A DNA stretch of 64,000 nt from Candidatus Magasanikiibacteriota bacterium (GTDB lineage Bacteria > Patescibacteriota > Patescibacteriia > Magasanikbacterales > UBA922), in assembly GCA_018651085.1 (NCBI GenBank), contig JABIEQ010000011.1, forward strand, positions 3,563-67,562, in the 5' to 3' direction. Below are positions 57,919 to 64,000 of the stretch, piece by piece. Each line of letters begins with the position of its first letter. Within the stretch, counting starts at the first letter, position 1. The notes beneath the pieces were generated by a model. It had not been told where the DNA came from, made no database searches, and saw only the letters and a program-made list of their open reading frames with translations. The position numbers and the translations under genes were made by a program.

Positions 57919-57951
57919 AGGTTAGTAGTGTATCACACGTTTTTTTGTATT

Positions 57952-57981
57952 AAAAAATATCTACACAACTAGGTAGATATT
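57952..57981 (-). terminator. Terminator of unit 9
   Basis: Minus strand aatatctac-ctagttgt-gtagatatt-tttt. Confidence 0.7.
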
Positions 57982-57985
57982 CTTT

Positions 57986-58049
57986 TCCTTTCGTCCTGTC
58001 ATAATCAGTCACATATGGACTCATCAGTTTCGGTCTCACCGAAAGAGGA
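57986..58049 (-). ncRNA. Type III hammerhead ribozyme
   Basis: Minus strand UCC-UC^-UUUCGG(UGAGA)CCGAAA-CUGAUGA-GUCC(20 nt)GGAC-GAAA-GGA: full catalytic core, all three stems pair. Confidence 0.88.
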
Positions 58050-58087
58050 TGCCGATCTGTGATCGGCTTCCCTCCCTGTCCCCAATT

Positions 58088-58114
58088 TCATGGGGGTCTA
58101 TAGACCCGTTTCAT
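58088..58114 (-). other. SD-led micro-ORF MKRVYRPP*
   Basis: AAGGAGGG-AGATC-ATG AAA CGG GTC TAT AGA CCC CCA TGA directly after M32 stop. Confidence 0.4.
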
Positions 58115-58128
58115 GATCTCCCTCCTTG

Positions 58129-59649
58129 TCAGTATGCTCGATTCAGTTGTGCTACGTGTTCCCTCATGACCTGGATGAGGTCATATGGGCCGACAGGTCT
58201 CCCGAGGACATCCTCAACGAGTTGGAACCCTGTACTGACACCTCCCTTGCAGAAGATGTTCGTCTGCAACCATCGGTTGAGCCCCTCAAAGTTTCCCTTT
58301 CGGATCTCCACCTCGATGTTGGGGTGCACTCCTTCGATCTCTCGCCAGAACATGGCTGCAACCATGTTGCCGATGCCGTAGGTGCCGTAGTACCCGATCC
58401 CCATGAAGGGATGGGGGTCTCTCAGACACCCCAAGGCGTCACTCTCGGGCTCTACCCCGAGATAGTGCAGTGAGAGCTCGTTCCACCTGGCGGAGAAATC
58501 TTCCACCTCAAGGCGCCCCTCGATGAGCTCCTGGTAGATTCTCACTCGCAGGAGGATGTGTGAGTTGTAGGTCAGCTCGTCGGCTTGCACCCGCACCGTT
58601 TGACGGGTGCATCTGTTGAGTGCTGAGTAGAGCTTCTCTGGACTCCACTCCTTGAGTTCAGGGAACATGTCTCCCATCATATCGAGCATCAGCTCGAGGA
58701 AAGGTAGGCTTCTTCCCACCCGACACTCGTAGAACCGCGCGATACTCTCGTGAAGACCTGTCGACGCCGGTCTTGCACCAGGGGTGTACTTCCACTCAGG
58801 AAGAAACCCTTGCTCGTAGCGAGCGTGCGCGGCCTCGTGCAGTCCAGGAAGGAGCAGCCGCCACCACTTCTCGTACTCAAGTGGAATACTGATCCGAACG
58901 TCATCTGGCGCCGCAATGGGTGCACAGAAGGGATGACTGCTTTGAGCAATCTCGAGCTTGTCGACCTCCAATCCCATCCGGTTTAAGCACCCCATGGTGA
59001 AAAGCCTGAATGCATTGGCCTCATGGGGCTTGTTGAGTGCCGGAATCTCACCCAAATCAGGAAAGGCCACGGCTTCCTCCACGAGTGGTTGAAGATCTCT
59101 ATGGAGATCTTCGAGAATATCAAGGAGCCACTTCGTTGAGGGAAGTCCCGGCTCCTGCGTACGCGCAAGACCCGCGTAAGGATCATCTGGATCCGCGGCG
59201 AGCCCCTTCATACGCTGGAGCTCGACGATTTTCTTCAAATGCCCTCCAAGGTGCTCCATGGTTCGCCGACCGTCTTTTCCGGCTTCTTCCCAGGCACTCT
59301 GTCCCACCATGCCGGCGTGAACAGTCTGCCTCACCAATTTCATTGGCAAGGTTCTTGGCAGCTGGCTTTCTCTGAGTGTTGCCCTTATGATCCCCATTTG
59401 CATCTCGGAGAGATCCCCCGGATTGGCCAACAGCCTGAGGGCGTCCGCGCGAAATTCCTCAGAACGCCAGAGTACTTGCTGCCGTCCGGAAATTTCAGCC
59501 GTTTTGCTTGCGAAGTATTCACCAGGATGCTGGTGATCGGTCGTCGCCATCTGCCATTCGAGCTCCCCCTTGAGCCCCTCAAGACACCAGATCTGCTTGA
59601 CCGTTGCGAGCCACGCCACAAACGCTTGCTGCTGCTTACTCATCGTCAT
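58129..59649 (-). CDS. M32 family metallocarboxypeptidase (GC-rich unit 9)
   Basis: HPFC, DVRI, HEAAHARYEQ, GLHES, RVQADELTY, GCLRDPH; SD GAGGA 7 nt before ATG 59649; promoter TTGACG-17-TACGTT at 59717-59745. Confidence 0.9.
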   Translation of the reverse strand: MTMSKQQQAFVAWLATVKQIWCLEGLKGELEWQMATTDHQHPGEYFASKTAEISGRQQVLWRSEEFRADALRLLANPGDLSEMQMGIIRATLRESQLPRTLPMKLVRQTVHAGMVGQSAWEEAGKDGRRTMEHLGGHLKKIVELQRMKGLAADPDDPYAGLARTQEPGLPSTKWLLDILEDLHRDLQPLVEEAVAFPDLGEIPALNKPHEANAFRLFTMGCLNRMGLEVDKLEIAQSSHPFCAPIAAPDDVRISIPLEYEKWWRLLLPGLHEAAHARYEQGFLPEWKYTPGARPASTGLHESIARFYECRVGRSLPFLELMLDMMGDMFPELKEWSPEKLYSALNRCTRQTVRVQADELTYNSHILLRVRIYQELIEGRLEVEDFSARWNELSLHYLGVEPESDALGCLRDPHPFMGIGYYGTYGIGNMVAAMFWREIEGVHPNIEVEIRKGNFEGLNRWLQTNIFCKGGVSTGFQLVEDVLGRPVGPYDLIQVMREHVAQLNRAY

Positions 59650-59782
59650 TGCCCTGTCCTCTTGTCGCTGGTTTTTGCCACGTGTATACAGCATGTCTAC
59701 ACAACTTGCGTTCACTAACGTAATGGATATTTCCTTCTACGTCAAGCTTATTAATTAAAAAAGCTGAGAATATTCTCAGCTT

Positions 59783-61828
59783 TTATTTTTTCTTTTTTGT
59801 TACTTTTTCCCTGGCCTTTAGCTCTCGTATCTCATCTCGCAATATGGCGGCGAGTTCAAATTCAAGTTTTTGAGCGGCTTCTTTCATTTGTTCTTCTTTG
59901 TCTTTTAATATCTCTTTTAATGGACGATCGTCCCCTATGAGATCAAGATCGAGTACACTTACCTTCTTTTTCCCTCTTTTTTGTCTCTTTAATTTTTGTG
60001 ATTCTGGATCAATACCAAAGTCCTCTAAAATATTTCTAATACTCTTTTGTATTGTTTTTGGTGTAATGCCATGTTTTTTATTATATGCAAGTTGAATGTT
60101 TCTTCTTCTATCTGTTTCCTTTAATGCTCGTTCCATTGATCCTGTCATCCTATCAGCATAGAGTACCACTTTCCCATTAACGTTTCTTGCTGCCCGTCCG
60201 ATGGTTTGCACTAAACTTGTTTCACTTCTAAGGAACCCTTCTTTATCTGCATCTAAAATGGCAACAAAAGAAACTTCTGGGATATCTAACCCTTCACGAA
60301 GCAGGTTTACCCCAACAATGACATCAATTTCTCCTTTTCGTAGTTGGGTTATGATTTGAATTCTTTCAATGGTTTTAATATCACTATGAAGATACGATAC
60401 GCTAATCCCCTTTTCTTTTAAAAACTCAGTAAGATCTTCAGCCATTTTTTTAGTAAGCGTTGTAACAAGTGTTCTTTCTCCTTTTTTAATTTGCGCTTCA
60501 ATGCGTTCAATAACATCATCCACTTGAGACTTTTGCTTATCTTTTCCTGTCACAGGATGAATAATAACTTCTGGGTCAACTAATCCTGTTGGACGAACAA
60601 TTTGTTCTACGATTTGTTTCGCTTCTTCCTTTTCGTATTCATTTGGGGTAGCTGATACGTAAAGAATTCTTGGTGTTAATTTTTCAAATTCAGGATACTG
60701 AAGTGGTCTATTGTCTCTTGCACTTGGTAATCGAAAGCCATGCTCCACCAAGTTATCTTTTCTTGACCTATCTCCTTTATACATCCCTCGTACCTGCGGT
60801 AACGTTACGTGTGATTCATCAATCACAACCATAAATTCTCCAGCACCGTAGTGGAAGTAATCAATTAAGGTAAATGGTGGTTCTCCGGGTTGTCTTCCAT
60901 CAAAATGACGAGAATAGTTTTCTATCCCGTTGCAATACCCTACTTTTTCTATTAATTCAATATCATTTCTAATGCGCCGTTTTAATCGTTCATATTCAAG
61001 GATTTTTCCTTGCTTTTTAAAAAATGCTAATCGCTCTTTTAATTCTTCCGCTATACTTGTCTTTGCTCGTTTTCTTGCTTCAGGGTTAGCAACATAATGT
61101 TTCGCTGGGAAAAACCAGGCATCTTCTAATTCATGGATAACTGTGCTTCTTATAGGATCAATTAGTTCAATCCGTTCAATCGTGTCACTAATTTCAAAAC
61201 GATATACCCGTTCTTCGTTCACGGGCATAATATCAAAAATTTGCCCACGCATACGAAAACTTCCACGAGTTAAGTCAGCAGTGGTTCGTTCAAACTGCAT
61301 TTCAATCAACTGCTCTAGCATGCCTCGTCTATCAAGTTTTTGCCCTTTATTAAGGTGAAGTACGATCTTTTCATATTCTTTTGGTGACCCCAACCCATAA
61401 ATAGCAGAAACAGAGGCAACAATAATAACGTCTTTACGTGTTAAGAGTGCTTGCGTGCAGGCATGTCTCAATCGATCGATTTCATCATTAATTTGGGCTT
61501 CCTTTTCAATATAAGTATCACTTGCTGAAAGGTATGCCTCTGGTTGATAATAATCATAATAACTTACAAAGTACTCAACAGCATTCTCTGGGAAAAATTC
61601 ACGAAACTCATTACATAGTTGTGCTGCAAGTGTTTTATTGTGAGCAATCACCAACGTTGGAAGATTTGTCTGCTCAATCACATTTGCCACCGTAAAGGTT
61701 TTTCCAGATCCGGTAACACCAAGAAGCGTTTGTTTATCAAACCCTTTTTTAATACCTTCAACTAACCCCTTAATTGCTTGGGGTTGATCTCCTGCTGGTT
61801 TGTAATCTGAGTGTATCTTGAAGTCCAT
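59783..61828 (-). CDS. uvrB: Excinuclease ABC subunit B
   Basis: [39 protein letters not shown]. Confidence 0.98.
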   Translation of the reverse strand: MDFKIHSDYKPAGDQPQAIKGLVEGIKKGFDKQTLLGVTGSGKTFTVANVIEQTNLPTLVIAHNKTLAAQLCNEFREFFPENAVEYFVSYYDYYQPEAYLSASDTYIEKEAQINDEIDRLRHACTQALLTRKDVIIVASVSAIYGLGSPKEYEKIVLHLNKGQKLDRRGMLEQLIEMQFERTTADLTRGSFRMRGQIFDIMPVNEERVYRFEISDTIERIELIDPIRSTVIHELEDAWFFPAKHYVANPEARKRAKTSIAEELKERLAFFKKQGKILEYERLKRRIRNDIELIEKVGYCNGIENYSRHFDGRQPGEPPFTLIDYFHYGAGEFMVVIDESHVTLPQVRGMYKGDRSRKDNLVEHGFRLPSARDNRPLQYPEFEKLTPRILYVSATPNEYEKEEAKQIVEQIVRPTGLVDPEVIIHPVTGKDKQKSQVDDVIERIEAQIKKGERTLVTTLTKKMAEDLTEFLKEKGISVSYLHSDIKTIERIQIITQLRKGEIDVIVGVNLLREGLDIPEVSFVAILDADKEGFLRSETSLVQTIGRAARNVNGKVVLYADRMTGSMERALKETDRRRNIQLAYNKKHGITPKTIQKSIRNILEDFGIDPESQKLKRQKRGKKKVSVLDLDLIGDDRPLKEILKDKEEQMKEAAQKLEFELAAILRDEIRELKAREKVTKKKK

Positions 61829-61918
61829 ACTCTATAATAAAACGTATCCTACCCTAACACTGTTACCCTTAAAAAGCAACTGTTTGAGAGGAAAAAACCG
61901 GCACATGGCCGGTTCTTC

Positions 61919-63274
61919 TTATTCAACGTCTACTACTTCTTTGTACTCTGGTATATACGATTTTATTCCCATTTCGTCACGCATTTTGTGTCCTAATGTT
62001 TCTGCTGCATGTGGTTCACCATGCACAAAGTACACTTTTTTCGGCATTGTTGGAGCTGTTTTTACCCAATTCATGAGTTTACTTTGGTCTCCATGACCTG
62101 ACAATGCTCCAATTGCTTTAATCGTACACTTTACATCCACATAATGATTAAATATTTTTATCTTATCTGCTCCTTCATATAATCGTCTTCCTGTTGTTCC
62201 ATGTGCTTGGTACCCAACGATGATAAGTGTTGAATTAGGATCAGGGAGATATCGTTGTGCATGATGCAATATTCTTCCTCCGTTCATCATCCCTGCTCCT
62301 GCGATAATAAGCTTTGGTTTTGGTGAATTATTAATCTTTATTGATTCTTCTTTTGTTGGGGTAAGAGTCAAGTTTGGAAAATGTAAAAAATCTTCCCCTT
62401 TTGTATAATGCTTCGATGCTTCCTCATCATAATACTCTGGAAATTGTTTAAATACTTTACTCACATTAATAGCAAGTGGACTGTCTACATACATTGGAAT
62501 CTGTGGAAGTATTTTATCGTCTACGGCAAGTTCATGCAAATGATATAAAATTTCCTGTGTTCGTTCAATAGAAAATGCGGGCATCATAATAACACCACCA
62601 CGCTTACATCCTTCTTTTATAAGATCTAATAAAATTTGGTCCCGTTCTTGTTTGGTTTCGTGAATTCTATCTCCGTAGGTTGATTCACATACAAGAAGGT
62701 CTACTTCTCCAAGTGGCTGTGTATCTCTTAAAATTGGCACATTATCGTTTCCAATGTCACCAGAAAATCCTATCCGTTTTCCGTCTGCTTCGAGTTCAAT
62801 AAAAGATGACCCAAATATGTGACCAGCATCTTTAAATAATACTTTAATTCCATCACCAATGTCTGTGTTTTTATTATAATCAACACCCGTTACAAGTTTC
62901 ATGGTCGCTTCAATGTCTTCTGCACGATATAACACTGGGTATTGAAACTTTCTATGATTATATTTCATGATCTTTGCAGCATCCGTCATCACAAGCTCCA
63001 TAATCTTAATGGTTGCCTTTGTTGCTATGATTTTTCCATTGAATCCTTCTTTAATAAGTTTTGGAATTCGTCCAACGTGATCAAGGTGACCATGTGTGAC
63101 AAGCAATATATCGATTTCTTTTGGATCAAATGGAAACTCATCAAAGTTTTTCACTTCATTATATTGTCCACCTTGAAACATTCCACAATCAACAAGAATC
63201 TTCTTTTGGCTTGTTTGAAGAAAATGGCATGACCCAGTTACTTCATGGTTTGCTCCACAAAATTGTATTTTCAT
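61919..63274 (-). CDS. MBL-fold beta-CASP RNA-processing nuclease
   Basis: VTGSC, THGHLDH, AGHIFGS, ESTYG, SGHGD, VHGE. Confidence 0.92.
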   Translation of the reverse strand: MKIQFCGANHEVTGSCHFLQTSQKKILVDCGMFQGGQYNEVKNFDEFPFDPKEIDILLVTHGHLDHVGRIPKLIKEGFNGKIIATKATIKIMELVMTDAAKIMKYNHRKFQYPVLYRAEDIEATMKLVTGVDYNKNTDIGDGIKVLFKDAGHIFGSSFIELEADGKRIGFSGDIGNDNVPILRDTQPLGEVDLLVCESTYGDRIHETKQERDQILLDLIKEGCKRGGVIMMPAFSIERTQEILYHLHELAVDDKILPQIPMYVDSPLAINVSKVFKQFPEYYDEEASKHYTKGEDFLHFPNLTLTPTKEESIKINNSPKPKLIIAGAGMMNGGRILHHAQRYLPDPNSTLIIVGYQAHGTTGRRLYEGADKIKIFNHYVDVKCTIKAIGALSGHGDQSKLMNWVKTAPTMPKKVYFVHGEPHAAETLGHKMRDEMGIKSYIPEYKEVVDVE

Positions 63275-63391
63275 AGATATAGAGTTTATAGTATTGATTG
63301 ATTTGTAGTGTACCAAATTCTTTTCCTTTTGATAATACTATACACTAATTTGTGTACATGCTCCCTTTTTTTTGATATTATAGCTCTACAT

Positions 63392-64000
63392 ATGAGCTAC
63401 CGGAATGAATCTATTGAAATAAAGGAGCCCCCAGTACGTAGACTTCGCAAAAGACGGTCATGTGTGCGACGCACATGTCTGACAAGTTGTGGCTGTCTAC
63501 TCTTTTTTCTTATCATTTCTATTGTTCTTTTGAAATTTAGTACAACACCACGTTCGGTGACACTTCGTGATGTCCCAAATATTGTGAAAAACAATGTTCC
63601 TCTTTATGAACCAAATCATATTGATAGCATTCGAGTACTTCGTAGTGAAGAGCAATCACGTTTTGGTGCTGCGGCTTTTTTACCAAAAGCTGTGTTATAT
63701 CCGATTCTTTTAGCAACGGACGACACCTCTCTTCCAGCGAGTTCTTCAACCTGGTCAGGATTCTTTTCATATATTCAAACACCATTATATGAAAAGAATC
63801 ATGAACAGATTACGATTTCCTGGGAGCATTTGCCTGTGTCTCCTTCATTTTTATATGCGTACTATTTAGAGCAATTACAAGCACGTGGTTTTACTATTGT
63901 GAAACAACAGCCTACGAAGATCTTGTTTGAAAGTAATACTATTCTTGGGACACTGTCTATTGATGATACACCTCAAACAGCTGCTACTGATCTTCTTTTA
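63392..64000 (+). CDS. Single-TM hypothetical protein, runs off window end (MSYRNESIEIKEPP...SCVRRTCLTSCGCLLFFL...)
   Basis: Hand translation: open from ATG 63392 to window end; Cys-rich segment before TM. Confidence 0.75.
   Translation, partial: MSYRNESIEIKEPPVRRLRKRRSCVRRTCLTSCGCLLFFLIISIVLLKFSTTPRSVTLRDVPNIVKNNVPLYEPNHIDSIRVLRSEEQSRFGAAAFLPKAVLYPILLATDDTSLPASSSTWSGFFSYIQTPLYEKNHEQITISWEHLPVSPSFLYAYYLEQLQARGFTIVKQQPTKILFESNTILGTLSIDDTPQTAATDLLL

Noticed and set aside
6381-59649. TGA recoding (Gly or Sec) in the GC-rich units
   Set aside because: TGAs are followed by hairpins and terminators, the M32 protein looks full length at its TGA, and backbone genes translate intact with code 11.
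6243-59745. Integron cassettes, IS elements or prophage as the explanation of the GC-rich units
   Set aside because: No attC RYYYAAC/GTTRRRY pattern, terminal inverted repeats, integrase, transposase or phage genes recognised; units are dispersed and carry their own promoters.

Overview
Bacterial chromosomal segment, most likely from a Patescibacteria/CPR genome (ABY1/Parcubacteria-like). This is inferred from the gene set, short AlaRS/UvrC, a GAGC lipobox and CPR-type hypothetical families. The AT-rich backbone is mostly on the minus strand. It carries folD, dusB, secD/secF, secA, hpf, murB, rpoD-dnaG, alaS, xth, an rmlB/fdtA/rmlD sugar cluster, glycosyltransferases, dnaB-ybaB-recR, rplU, a membrane-anchored Clp ATPase, mraZ-rsmH-ftsL, uvrA/B/C and a beta-CASP nuclease. 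Nine GC-rich single-gene units are interleaved with it. They differ systematically from the backbone: most have a near-consensus sigma70 promoter and structured UTRs, all have a Shine-Dalgarno and a terminator hairpin, and 8 of 9 end in TGA. Backbone genes mostly lack an SD, several look nearly leaderless, and they end in TAA/TAG. One unit (M32 carboxypeptidase) has a complete type III hammerhead ribozyme in its 3' UTR. Two units are followed by SD-led micro-ORFs ending in Pro-Pro-stop (MARAPP*, MKRVYRPP*). Other notable items are a SecD with inserted parvulin domains, a 932-aa protein with about 18 mosaic 60-bp LRR repeats, a degenerate GGDEF-like protein and an ATP-grasp + NlpC/P60-like pair. 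I recognised no tRNA, rRNA, CRISPR array, integrase or transposase. All calls are by eye, with no database searches.
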